A stretch of 64,000 nucleotides of DNA from contig OZ219750.1 of NCBI GenBank assembly GCA_964291315.2, positions 480,001 through 544,000 of the forward strand. Direction: 5' to 3'. The notes under the pieces were generated by a model that worked only from the letters and a program-made list of their open reading frames with translations, was not told where the DNA came from and did not search any database. Position numbers and translations under genes: made by a program. How positions within the stretch are numbered: position 1 is the first letter of the stretch; each line of letters starts with the position of its first letter. The stretch is from Candidatus Poribacteria bacterium. Lineage in GTDB: Bacteria; Poribacteria; WGA-4E; WGA-3G. Below are positions 30,998 to 40,277 of the stretch, in pieces.

Positions 30998-33772
30998 ATG
31001 CGAAGAACAATAGTGGCTTTATCGATGCTCGCCGTGTTTATGTTTGCGAGCGCCCCGTTTGCAGGGGCGGAATGGCAAGAGAACCTGGTAACCAACAACA
31101 CGCTTGAAGAAATCTATGTGATCAAGAGCACCTGGCGGGCAGCGGATGATAACAAAGGTATCCCCGCAGGGTTCTGGACCCGCGGCTCATACCGCATCCC
31201 GCCCGGGATGTCCAGGATTTTCCATTCCTGGGACACCAACAGCATCTATTTCCGTATTTCAAACGCTGCGGGTGCGATAAAAGCGAACAGCGGCACCACC
31301 GCTTTTGCGTTCTGGGCTCATCCGAAGCGCTCCTTCCGCGTTGTCTCACAGACGCTCGATGCCTCTGTGACAACGGATCAGCTGCTTTACTCTGATCGTT
31401 CGCCGGGTCAGTTGGCTCAATTGGAGGGATTTGTCGGCTATACGGGCGGCTCGGCAGTGGTTGTCACTCCGGGGTGGGTGTTGCTAGATGGACAGCCGAC
31501 TGCGCCGCCAAATGACGAGCTCGGAGACGATGGCGGGTCGCCCGGTGGCGATGTTGCTCCGCCTGCGTGGGTAGAGAACGTTGTAAGGAATGATCGGGAA
31601 GAAGAGATATACGTGGTCTTTGCCACTTGGAAGGTTGAGAATCCGAGGAAGGGGTGGCCTGAAGGGTTTCGGACGCGTGGCAGCTATCGTATCTCTCCGG
31701 GTAAAGGTAGAGTGTTTCATTCGTGGGCGGACAACGAGTCTTTTTTCCACATATCAAACGCGGATGGTGCGTTAAAACCGGAGAGCAGCAGTGGCACATT
31801 CGAGTTCTGGGTTCATCCGAAGCGGAAGTTTCGTATTGTGTCGGGTCAGTTGGAGAATGGTGTAACGCAGGAGGAGTTGCTGTATTCGGATCGTGCCAAG
31901 GAGGAGTTAGAGCACTCGGATGGTTTTATGGTATATGAGACTGGGTCTGGTGGTGCTGAAGTGGTCGTTACTTCTGATTGGGTGCCGGTGTCTACTGCCC
32001 CTCCCCTTCCACCTCCACCTCCACCAGCCGTTCCTGTAAGTATGGCCTTGATCCCTGCGGGCACCTTCCAGATGGGCAGCAGCAGTGGTGATACGGATGA
32101 ACGCCCGGTTCACACTGTCTCTGTAGATGCGTTTCATATGGATACGCGTGAAGTGACGAACGCGGAATATGCGGCGTTTCTCAATGCGAAGGGGAAACAT
32201 GCGGATGCGGGTCATACGTGGCTGTCTCTCGGTAGCAGTGATGTGCACATTGAGCTTATAGCGGGAGCGTATCGTGTGAAGTCGGGGTATGCGAATCATC
32301 CTGTTGTTCGGGTGAGTTGGTATGGTGCGATGGCGTATGCTGCGTGGGTAGGCAAGCGCCTGCCGACCGAGGCGGAGTGGGAATATGCTGCTCGCGGCGG
32401 ATTAGCAGGAAAACTTTATCCCTGGGGCGACACGGTAGACTCCAGTCGTGCGAACTATGGTGGGAACGTCGGTAGGACAACGGCGGGCGGTGCGTATGCG
32501 GCGAACGGTTATGGTCTGTATGATATGGCGGGTAATGTCTGGGAGTGGTGTCTGGATGCGTATGATATGGAGTTCTATGCGGGGTCTGCCACTCAGAACC
32601 CGTTATCGGGTGCGAGCAGTATCGAGTCGTTAGTAGCTGGTTATGTCTCGGTTGATTCGTATCGTGTGTTGCGGGGTGGTTCCTATATCTACTCGGCGCA
32701 AGTTGTTCGGGTGTCGAATCGTGATCTTACTTTACCGATGAGTACGGGCGGTGATCTCGGTTTTCGGTGTGTGAAGTCAGTGCAGGCTGTGTCGGTTGCG
32801 CCAACTCCGGTTTTAGCAGACCGATCGGGCGATACTGACGATAACGATAGGTCACACCCGTCTTTCAAAGGCTATGTTTATACCCCAGCGCCGTATCGAG
32901 ACATGGGAAGTCCTGTTGCGGGTGTAACCGTCACGATCATATCAGGTGGTAGATCTGGGGAGTCGACTACGACCGACAAAACTGGTATGTACACGTTTCC
33001 TAATGTTGAAGGAAATTCCCTGCAGCTTCGTGTTGAAAAGGAAGGTTATGAGCCTAAAGAGGTGACCGTGTACCGATCCGGGCCTACCCGGCTTGCAAAC
33101 GGCGGGGTGCCAAACTTTGGTGTACCGAGAGGCTATCCTACGCACACAATGCAAAGAACGCCTGGTGTCATACTCATTGGGTTTAAGTGGTTAGAAGATG
33201 CTCGAAAGGTCTTGGCGAGAACTGAGGTGGTGTATGATCTGCTGTTGGTTAAAGACCCTGAATTTTCTAAGCCGAGTGGATGGACCGGATACTATTCAGG
33301 AGGGGTGGTAGCGGTCCCTGATGTCAGCAGAAAAGATGGTTTTTTCTTGTGGACCCTTGTGCATGAGATTGCTCATGCTAATCAGCATGGTCTGGTTGGG
33401 CTTGATGGTAGGGATAATTCTGCTGGGATAGGTTCCGTCTCAATTGAAAAGTACGAGCGGACTCCTCAAGGGCGAGAGTTTGTGCAAGCTTGGAAAACAG
33501 ATCTTAGGGAGTTTGGCAAGACAGCGTTGGATGCTAGATCGTACTATGCGAAAAGTTCAAAAGAGAATGCAGCGGAGATCTTCGCGTATTGGTGGAGTCT
33601 GGGGACGTGGTGGGAAGGCGGTGGTAGAAGGTACGGAGACCTTCAAGCGGGAGCTCCGAACAGGATGAAGTGGGCGAGAAAGTGGTTTCCTAGACCAGAC
33701 GCGCCGGAGCCTCCGGTGAAACCGAATATATCCATAGAGCATGTAGATCCTGTTCCTAGTACTACTTTGTAA
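30998..33772 (+). CDS. Secreted multidomain protein: two tandem unknown beta domains, FGE-sulfatase (CLec-fold) domain, carboxypeptidase-regulatory-like Ig domain, HExxH metallopeptidase-like domain
   Basis: AAGGAG RBS before ATG 30998; signal peptide; RLPTEAEWEYAARGG, GLYDMAGNVWEW, RVLRGGS, GFRC; TLVHEIAH...ENAAE. Confidence 0.88.
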   Translation: MRRTIVALSMLAVFMFASAPFAGAEWQENLVTNNTLEEIYVIKSTWRAADDNKGIPAGFWTRGSYRIPPGMSRIFHSWDTNSIYFRISNAAGAIKANSGTTAFAFWAHPKRSFRVVSQTLDASVTTDQLLYSDRSPGQLAQLEGFVGYTGGSAVVVTPGWVLLDGQPTAPPNDELGDDGGSPGGDVAPPAWVENVVRNDREEEIYVVFATWKVENPRKGWPEGFRTRGSYRISPGKGRVFHSWADNESFFHISNADGALKPESSSGTFEFWVHPKRKFRIVSGQLENGVTQEELLYSDRAKEELEHSDGFMVYETGSGGAEVVVTSDWVPVSTAPPLPPPPPPAVPVSMALIPAGTFQMGSSSGDTDERPVHTVSVDAFHMDTREVTNAEYAAFLNAKGKHADAGHTWLSLGSSDVHIELIAGAYRVKSGYANHPVVRVSWYGAMAYAAWVGKRLPTEAEWEYAARGGLAGKLYPWGDTVDSSRANYGGNVGRTTAGGAYAANGYGLYDMAGNVWEWCLDAYDMEFYAGSATQNPLSGASSIESLVAGYVSVDSYRVLRGGSYIYSAQVVRVSNRDLTLPMSTGGDLGFRCVKSVQAVSVAPTPVLADRSGDTDDNDRSHPSFKGYVYTPAPYRDMGSPVAGVTVTIISGGRSGESTTTDKTGMYTFPNVEGNSLQLRVEKEGYEPKEVTVYRSGPTRLANGGVPNFGVPRGYPTHTMQRTPGVILIGFKWLEDARKVLARTEVVYDLLLVKDPEFSKPSGWTGYYSGGVVAVPDVSRKDGFFLWTLVHEIAHANQHGLVGLDGRDNSAGIGSVSIEKYERTPQGREFVQAWKTDLREFGKTALDARSYYAKSSKENAAEIFAYWWSLGTWWEGGGRRYGDLQAGAPNRMKWARKWFPRPDAPEPPVKPNISIEHVDPVPSTTL

Positions 33773-33842
33773 TTAGATAACCCGGCAACTTGGATTGCTG
33801 GGTTATTTCATAGAGTAACATGGGCTTGATAATTATTTATTT
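33770..33842 (+). repeat. 73-bp direct repeat copy 2, beginning at the stop codon; contains terminator-like hairpin
   Basis: ataacccggcaa-cttgga-ttgctgggttat followed by T-rich sequence. Confidence 0.85.
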
Positions 33843-34128
33843 TGTTTTTGAATGAAGAGAGAGCTTGTAGCCCCTAATGGTTGATGCTTACAAGCGTTGG
33901 AGGTGCACAGCCTGAGAGTCTAGGGACAAATCCCGTGCACACCGTAACAGGTTCTGCCACAAGTCCTTTGCAAAGGAAGCGAATAGGGTCTGCTTTCAAA
34001 AGACTCCTATTCACTTTTTTTATCATGTTCTCTACAGAGCCAAACGTGTCCCGGTATCGGTGCTGGATGTTTTCCCGGATGTGCCTGTTTCGGTTATGTT
34101 GAGACCATGCGAGTGCGGGCGTTGGAAG

Positions 34129-34740
34129 TTAAGGCGATGTTGGGGCGTACCCGTAGAGCTCAATCTCCGAAATCTTAGCGAGTGCTGTTGTTGCCCCGGT
34201 TATGAAATAATGGTAGCGTCCGCGTTGAATATTGCCGTCGGAGGTTTGCACATTTTTTCGCCTGAGTTGTACATTTTGACGTTTACGTGCCGCGTCCTCC
34301 GTCGTCCGGCGAACGACCACTTTAATACCAGACGTTATAACGGCTGTTTTCAGGCGGATGTCAATAGTTGGCTTGCTATTGCTGCGTTGGTCGTAAATTT
34401 TGTCCCATTTTCCGCGGGAATTGAAGGCGTGTATTTGGAATGTTTGGAGGTTCGTTGAGTGGATCACAATACGGTAGAGAGTTTTCTTTTCTGGCAGGTA
34501 AATGATTGCTTCGGATGGAAGATCGAGGTATACTCCTTTTGTGTCTGGGCTTTCTTGGCGGTGGGATAGCCCGATGGTTTCGGGTTTATTGTCAATGAAC
34601 GCGGGATCAGTTGCTGTTACCCCGGGCAGGAGGGCGTAATTTTCGCTCCACTTCTGCCCGAAGGTACATCCGCAACAGAAGCACAACAGTCCTAAAAGCG
34701 CGTATCCGCAAATGCTCATTCCGTTTAAATTTTTGCTCAT
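34129..34740 (-). CDS. Putative lipoprotein with discoidin/galactose-binding-like domain
   Basis: CCGC lipobox-like, SENYAL...D.K.ET...RIVIHSTNL...ISEIELYG; paralog of 989..1576. Confidence 0.6.
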   Translation of the reverse strand: MSKNLNGMSICGYALLGLLCFCCGCTFGQKWSENYALLPGVTATDPAFIDNKPETIGLSHRQESPDTKGVYLDLPSEAIIYLPEKKTLYRIVIHSTNLQTFQIHAFNSRGKWDKIYDQRSNSKPTIDIRLKTAVITSGIKVVVRRTTEDAARKRQNVQLRRKNVQTSDGNIQRGRYHYFITGATTALAKISEIELYGYAPTSP

Positions 34741-35795
34741 GGTTGCCTCCGAGTCTGGCTGTTCATCTCATTGATCTGTTTCAGAATGTCCGCTTTTGTG
34801 AGTGGCCGTATCTTAAACTGCAATTCCTTAAAAAAGGGTACGAGGTTTTCGCCTGCTGCCTTGCTGAGGTAGTAGACGAGGAAGCTTGTGCGCATTTTCC
34901 CTTCGAGTTTTTGATGTAGGGCATCGGCTTCCATCAATTCAAAGACTTTTATATAGAAGTTGTTTCCGTAACGTTCACGCAATTCAGACACAAGAGTATA
35001 AGCGTATCTATAGCGCCACTGTGTGAGGGGGCCGCCATCGAGATGCCCTTCCCAGTTTTCTAGTTGGTTCACACCGTCAAGATCAAACCGTAGCCATTCT
35101 TTAAGGTTGTCAAATTTCGGATGTGAACCGCCCTTTGCGTATTCTGTCTGAATGAGTACAGCGATACCTTCCGAAAACCATACTGGCAGGAAGTAGATGT
35201 TTGTAAAGGCATGTGTCAACTCGTGTGCTCGGACTCCGTGTTTCTCATACATTGCCAGCGGGAAATCCATCTTAATCCCGTTGATGAATTTCAGGTACTG
35301 CCCATTCTGGAATCCATACCGGTAGCTTGTCGTAGTGGTTGCGGCTAGTCTGCTGCCTTGATAGCGGTCGTGCAACGTCACGTGGATTTTATGCTGCGGT
35401 CGGAAACCGAAGAGGCGGTTCATTGCATCATAGAGGCTCTCCATATAACCGAGCGCGCTTCGAGCAAATGACTCTCGCTCCTCAGCGGAGTCAAGTGTGG
35501 GGTATTCGTATAAATCTTTGGCGAAAGTGAGAGTGTAGTGGTCACTCACACCGTATAGAGCATCGGGTTGCCTGATTTCAATTGTTGCCTTCGAGGGTCT
35601 GAGCATGAGCGAATCGGTGTTCCGATCTTTAAGTATGCGTTTCTCACGACGCTGCTGTGCCTCCTTTAATGCTGCACAACCGCTGAAAATAAGAGCTATG
35701 ATGAGCAACATGACTGTGATTCGGAACCACATTGCATTACAAAGCACACGTTGGGAACTTGCATCTGCGAGGGAGGATCTGTGTCTAGGTTTCAC
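34737..35795 (-). CDS. Gluzincin (peptidase MA-like) lipoprotein
   Basis: IFSGC lipobox; AHELTH...PVWFSEGIA; real start may be MWFRIT at ~35732. Confidence 0.75.
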   Translation of the reverse strand: MKPRHRSSLADASSQRVLCNAMWFRITVMLLIIALIFSGCAALKEAQQRREKRILKDRNTDSLMLRPSKATIEIRQPDALYGVSDHYTLTFAKDLYEYPTLDSAEERESFARSALGYMESLYDAMNRLFGFRPQHKIHVTLHDRYQGSRLAATTTTSYRYGFQNGQYLKFINGIKMDFPLAMYEKHGVRAHELTHAFTNIYFLPVWFSEGIAVLIQTEYAKGGSHPKFDNLKEWLRFDLDGVNQLENWEGHLDGGPLTQWRYRYAYTLVSELRERYGNNFYIKVFELMEADALHQKLEGKMRTSFLVYYLSKAAGENLVPFFKELQFKIRPLTKADILKQINEMNSQTRRQP

Positions 35796-35805
35796 TTTTT
35801 GCCTT

Positions 35806-37197
35806 TCAAAGCGGTACTGCTCTCGATGTATCGCCGATGCGCCGCATCGTAATGTCCTGCGTAAGGGTTGGGTCAGGTAGGTTTGTTTCAGCGAGGCGGC
35901 GTTGCAAAAAAGCCTCCATGTCGGTTTTCAGGCGTGCAACAATCACATCGGCCTCCTCAGCGAGATTGTAGACCTCATCGGGGTCCTCTTCAAGGTCGTA
36001 GAGTTCCAAATCCGGGGTGTTATAGACAGCGGGTGTGCCGCCCGTCTCAACAATTAGTTTCCATTTTTCTGTCTGCCAACCTCGTTTTTTCATCCAGCTG
36101 CATTCCGTAAGGTAGATAGCCTCTGTTGTTCCGTCGTTGCTACCGTTCTCTATTAGCGTGCGGAGGCTTACGCCTTCCATTTTTTCCCGTTCCATGAGTG
36201 TTGTTAATCCAGCGTAATCGAGGATCGTCGGGGCGATATCTGTGAGGCGCACTAGCCCTTTAAGCCGTTGCCCCTGGGCAATAAGCGCGGGGCAGTGAAC
36301 GATTAGTGGAACGTGGCAGTTTGTTTCGTAGAGTCCGTGGTGATCATACCAGAGTTCATGCTCGTCAAGCTCTTCTCCGTGGTCTGCTGTGATGATGAGA
36401 AGTGTCTCCTCAAAATGTCCACAGTCTTGTAGGTATTGGAAAAGCTGCGCTAGGCATGCATCCATGTAAGCGATCGAGGCATCGTACTGGGCATTTACGT
36501 ACCGCCGGTCTCTCCAGAGCCGTTTTTTCGCCATGTTTTCTGGGTCAGTTGGATCTGGGGTGCACATCCATTCTCGAAAGTAATCTGCAAATGGATCACA
36601 TGCATAGACAGGATCCATACTCCGATTGTTCGGATCACATTCATTCCCGCTATAGAACATCCGTTCAAATGGTAGCGGTGGCAGGTAGGGCGTATGTGGA
36701 TCCCAATAGTGCAGAAAAGCGAACCAGGGGTTATCCTGCGCTTGCGCGAGGTCTAGGAGTTCCATCGCGGTCTGGTTAACCGCTTCTGCTTTTCGGGCAT
36801 TGCGGTGTCTGTTATCCCATCGATAGCCTCGATATTGTGTCTCTGAGAAACCTCGTTGAAACCACCTTCCCAAATTGTCCGCAGCCACAGTGAAGTATCC
36901 GGCCTCACTCATTAACTCTGGAACCGTTTTTATATTGTTGGACAAGTCCAACGTTCCGCCTTGTGTAATGATTTGGTGGGATAAGACATCCTTGCCGGTG
37001 AATATTGTGGTATGTGCCGGGTGTGTTGGAATATGCGGACTGATGCACTTCTCAAAGAGCGTCGCTCGTTCTGAAAGTCTATCAAGGTGTGGTGTAGTCA
37101 GGTTATGATGCCCGTAGCAACTCATACTTGATGCCCGCAGCGTGTCTAATGAAATAAGGATGATGTTGCGCAAAAATTTTGTTCCTTTCTTTTTCAT
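35806..37197 (-). CDS. Sulfatase-like (alkaline phosphatase superfamily) hydrolase
   Basis: NIILISLDTLRA, HYWDPHTPY, ITADHGE, DHHGLYE, ELYDL..DP.E..NL; active-site motif is THPAH. Confidence 0.9.
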   Translation of the reverse strand: MKKKGTKFLRNIILISLDTLRASSMSCYGHHNLTTPHLDRLSERATLFEKCISPHIPTHPAHTTIFTGKDVLSHQIITQGGTLDLSNNIKTVPELMSEAGYFTVAADNLGRWFQRGFSETQYRGYRWDNRHRNARKAEAVNQTAMELLDLAQAQDNPWFAFLHYWDPHTPYLPPLPFERMFYSGNECDPNNRSMDPVYACDPFADYFREWMCTPDPTDPENMAKKRLWRDRRYVNAQYDASIAYMDACLAQLFQYLQDCGHFEETLLIITADHGEELDEHELWYDHHGLYETNCHVPLIVHCPALIAQGQRLKGLVRLTDIAPTILDYAGLTTLMEREKMEGVSLRTLIENGSNDGTTEAIYLTECSWMKKRGWQTEKWKLIVETGGTPAVYNTPDLELYDLEEDPDEVYNLAEEADVIVARLKTDMEAFLQRRLAETNLPDPTLTQDITMRRIGDTSRAVPL

Positions 37198-37230
37198 TGG
37201 CGCGGTAGGGGTTGACCACTAATCAGCGCC

Positions 37231-38376
37231 TTAATCACTTGCGGTGCTCTGTGCAGTTGAAGTCTGTGCATCACGGATTGCTTTACACAGATAGGTAATC
37301 CCTTCAGGAATATCATCTACGTGACAGTAAGCATACGCGAGTCGAATCGCTTTCACAGGTGCGCTCGCGTAATGGAAGGCACCACCGTTGGTGAAACCTA
37401 CGCCCTTTTCTGCGGCGAGTTCACGGAGTTTGTCTAGGTCTGTAGTCTCCGGTAAATCTATCCATAGGAAGAGTCCCCCCCGCGGACGGGTCCATGTGCA
37501 AATGTCGCTGACATGTTTGTTGAGGGTTTCTAGGACAGCGCGGCATTTCGCGCCAACGGCAGCGTTGGTCTTTACAAGATGTGTTTCGAGATGCTCCATG
37601 AAGAATTCCGCGACTATTGCGCTTGCCAGTGCACTCGTCCCGCCGTCCCAGCGGTTCTGATGGATTCGTCCGTAATACGGTTCCCGTGCCACGAAGTAGC
37701 CTTGTCGGATGCCTGCGCCTAATATCTTCGAGAAAGTGGCGATAAAAATTACACGGTTTGCTGTATCCAGCTTAAAAAGCGATGCCGGTGTCGGAGTAGA
37801 TGTAAAGTCAATATCACCGTAGCAGTCATCTTCAACAATGAGCGTATCGTATTCCTCTGCTAATTCCAACATCCGTTTTCGGCGTTCAAGCGAGAGGACT
37901 GCGCCCGTCGGGTTCTGGTGGTTCGAAGTTGTATAGATAAAAGAAGGGTGGATATTTTTCCGCTTGAGTACCTGTAGTTTTAATTCCAGATCATTCATAT
38001 CCATACCGTCGATATAGTCCATCGCTACGCCCTCGATGTTTGCTTTGAAATGCCGCATGATACCGAGGGTGCCGCTGTAGGTGTATTCTTCTGTTAGCAC
38101 GGTATCCCCAGGATCGATGAGCGTTCCGAGCACCAATTCTAATGCTTGCATAGAACCCGAGGTGATTGAAATGTTATCTATCGGCAGCGGGATTCCTTCA
38201 CGGCGTTCAAACCGCATAGATGCTAGCTCCCGTAAACCTCGATAGCCGGATTCGCCCGGATAATTAACCAGATTGCCTCCCAACTTACGGAGTGCCTTTT
38301 CGCTAGCCTCAATTAAATCTTTCGTTGGAAACGTGTACGGGTCCGGGCGCCCCCCGGTGAAAGCAAAGTCTTTCAT
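37231..38376 (-). CDS. PLP-dependent aminotransferase class I (LysN/ARO8-like)
   Basis: HQNPTG, IVEDDCY, TFSKILGAGIRQG, P.GGLFLW. Confidence 0.92.
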   Translation of the reverse strand: MKDFAFTGGRPDPYTFPTKDLIEASEKALRKLGGNLVNYPGESGYRGLRELASMRFERREGIPLPIDNISITSGSMQALELVLGTLIDPGDTVLTEEYTYSGTLGIMRHFKANIEGVAMDYIDGMDMNDLELKLQVLKRKNIHPSFIYTTSNHQNPTGAVLSLERRKRMLELAEEYDTLIVEDDCYGDIDFTSTPTPASLFKLDTANRVIFIATFSKILGAGIRQGYFVAREPYYGRIHQNRWDGGTSALASAIVAEFFMEHLETHLVKTNAAVGAKCRAVLETLNKHVSDICTWTRPRGGLFLWIDLPETTDLDKLRELAAEKGVGFTNGGAFHYASAPVKAIRLAYAYCHVDDIPEGITYLCKAIRDAQTSTAQSTASD

Positions 38377-38702
38377 AGTATGCTGTTCCTTTGAACCTGA
38401 GTATTTCTATAAAAATCTCGGTTTGCATCTACCCAAATAGATGGAAAAATCTCAAGGTACAGGCGACACTCTTTATGAATATTCCACGCGCTGTTCAAGT
38501 CCTTGTCCATAAATTTAGGTACTGCTCCTTTTTTCAGCAGATACCAATGTATTGGACATAATTATAGCAGATTTATAAAAAAAAAACAATAAGGGAGATA
38601 CTCTATTTCTATGCTTCTATAGGACGCGAACGTTTCTTTTTTTTGACGCGGATTTTCATATTGTGTTATACTTAAGACACTTTTAATGCACTTTTATGAC
38701 AA

Positions 38703-39185
38703 ATGACAGCCCAAAAACCGCAGCCAAACCTCATGTTTGAACCTATGTGCTTATCTGACCTGCCACAGGTACTCAAGATCGAAAACGAGTGCTTTGAGGA
38801 CCCGTGGAGCGCGACTCATTTCACACTGTCCTTGAAGAGACCGAGATCGCATGATTTTTTTTATGTTGTGCGCTCCGAAAACACCGTCATGGGTTACATT
38901 GTGTTCGCGGTTCTCTATGAAGAAGCTCATATCTTGAATATTGCGGTGCCGGCTGCTCATCGAGGGCAGGGCATCGGTAAGTATCTTCTTGCTTCGGCCT
39001 TAGAGGCAATAGAGGCGCGGGATGGACGCGATGTCTTCTTGGAAGTCGCTGTCAGCAACTTACCGGCACAATACCTCTACCGACAGTTTGGATTTCGCAT
39101 CTGTGGTATCCGAAAAAACTACTACGGGTGTCATAAAGACGCTTACGTTTTCCGTAAAGGAGCTCTAGAAACCGATGCTACTTAA
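38703..39185 (+). CDS. rimI: Ribosomal protein S18 alanine N-acetyltransferase
   Basis: IE..CF.DPWS, EAHILNIAV...RGQGIG, FLEV..SN..A..LY..FGF...G.RKNYY. Confidence 0.88.
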   Translation: MTAQKPQPNLMFEPMCLSDLPQVLKIENECFEDPWSATHFTLSLKRPRSHDFFYVVRSENTVMGYIVFAVLYEEAHILNIAVPAAHRGQGIGKYLLASALEAIEARDGRDVFLEVAVSNLPAQYLYRQFGFRICGIRKNYYGCHKDAYVFRKGALETDAT

Positions 39186-39954
39186 CCTCTTAAACTACAC
39201 CTTTTTAGCAACCGAGGCACTGTCACTCGTAACTCGTCGACAGGAAGCGCGCACTGTCGGCAGGAATGGCTGGCGCGTTATAGAACAAGAAGTCCACTGG
39301 AACCCTTCTGAGACCGCTATTCTTGTCGTGGATATGTGGAACGAACATTGGTCTTGGGGTGCCACGGAGCGCGTGAACGTGATAGCACCTCGGATGAACA
39401 TTGTCCTCGGGCGCGCGAGGGAACGAGGTATACAAATTATTCATGCTCCTTCCGACACGATGGATTTCTACAAGGTACACCCAGCACGCCGCTCAATCTT
39501 AGAACTTCCGCACGCTGATCCGCCCGTTGAGCTGGAACTGCCGGATCCGCCTTTACCGGTTGATGCTTCCGACGGCGGATCGGACACCGGTGAGGCTAGT
39601 TTTTACAAAGCGTGGCATCGTCAGCATCCAGACATCGAGATCTTTGACACAGATGCTATCAGTGACAATGGACAGGAGGTTTATAATTTTCTCCACCACA
39701 AAGGAATCAAGAATGTCATCTTTATGGGGGTTCACACCAATATGTGTGTCCTCGCCCGCTCTTTCGCGATTAAACAGATGGTTCGTTGGGGTTTCAATGC
39801 TGTGCTAGCGCGGGATCTCACGGATGCGATGTATAATCCTTTCAAACCGCCTTATGTGAGTCATGAAGCCGGCACACAGCTCATCATTGAATATATAGAG
39901 AAATTCTGGTGTCCCACAATCCTCAGCGGTGATTTAACAGCCCGAAAAGCCTGA
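39175..39954 (+). CDS. Isochorismatase-like cysteine hydrolase
   Basis: TAILVVDMW, IIHAPS, MGVHTNMCV, RDLTDAMY. Confidence 0.82.
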   Translation: MLLNLLNYTFLATEALSLVTRRQEARTVGRNGWRVIEQEVHWNPSETAILVVDMWNEHWSWGATERVNVIAPRMNIVLGRARERGIQIIHAPSDTMDFYKVHPARRSILELPHADPPVELELPDPPLPVDASDGGSDTGEASFYKAWHRQHPDIEIFDTDAISDNGQEVYNFLHHKGIKNVIFMGVHTNMCVLARSFAIKQMVRWGFNAVLARDLTDAMYNPFKPPYVSHEAGTQLIIEYIEKFWCPTILSGDLTARKA

Positions 39955-40213
39955 TATTCCTTATCGGCCAGGGAAAATAGGTCGGCATTTCCAAATTCTA
40001 CAAATTCTAACAGACACAAGAACATTTTCTGTGTATGCGGCATTTTCCAATGCAGTCCTTTTATATCTCGGTGTTTTTTCTCCTTGCGGGCGTGATAGGC
40101 CCTCCCTATCAAGAAAATCGCGAGTGAAACTTGTTACTTACACGTAGAAGTCGGTATTTGGAAATGTCTTCTACAGAAGGCAGCGAGAAGTTGGCTTTTA
40201 TAGATGCCTCCTA

Positions 40214-40253
40214 AGAGAGAGCCCACGGTAACAAGACCACGGGCTCTCTTTTT
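40214..40253. terminator. Hairpin terminator between convergent genes
   Basis: agagagccc...gggctctct followed by T run. Confidence 0.6.
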
Positions 40254-40277
40254 CAAATTCAATCCGTAGTTTACGGA

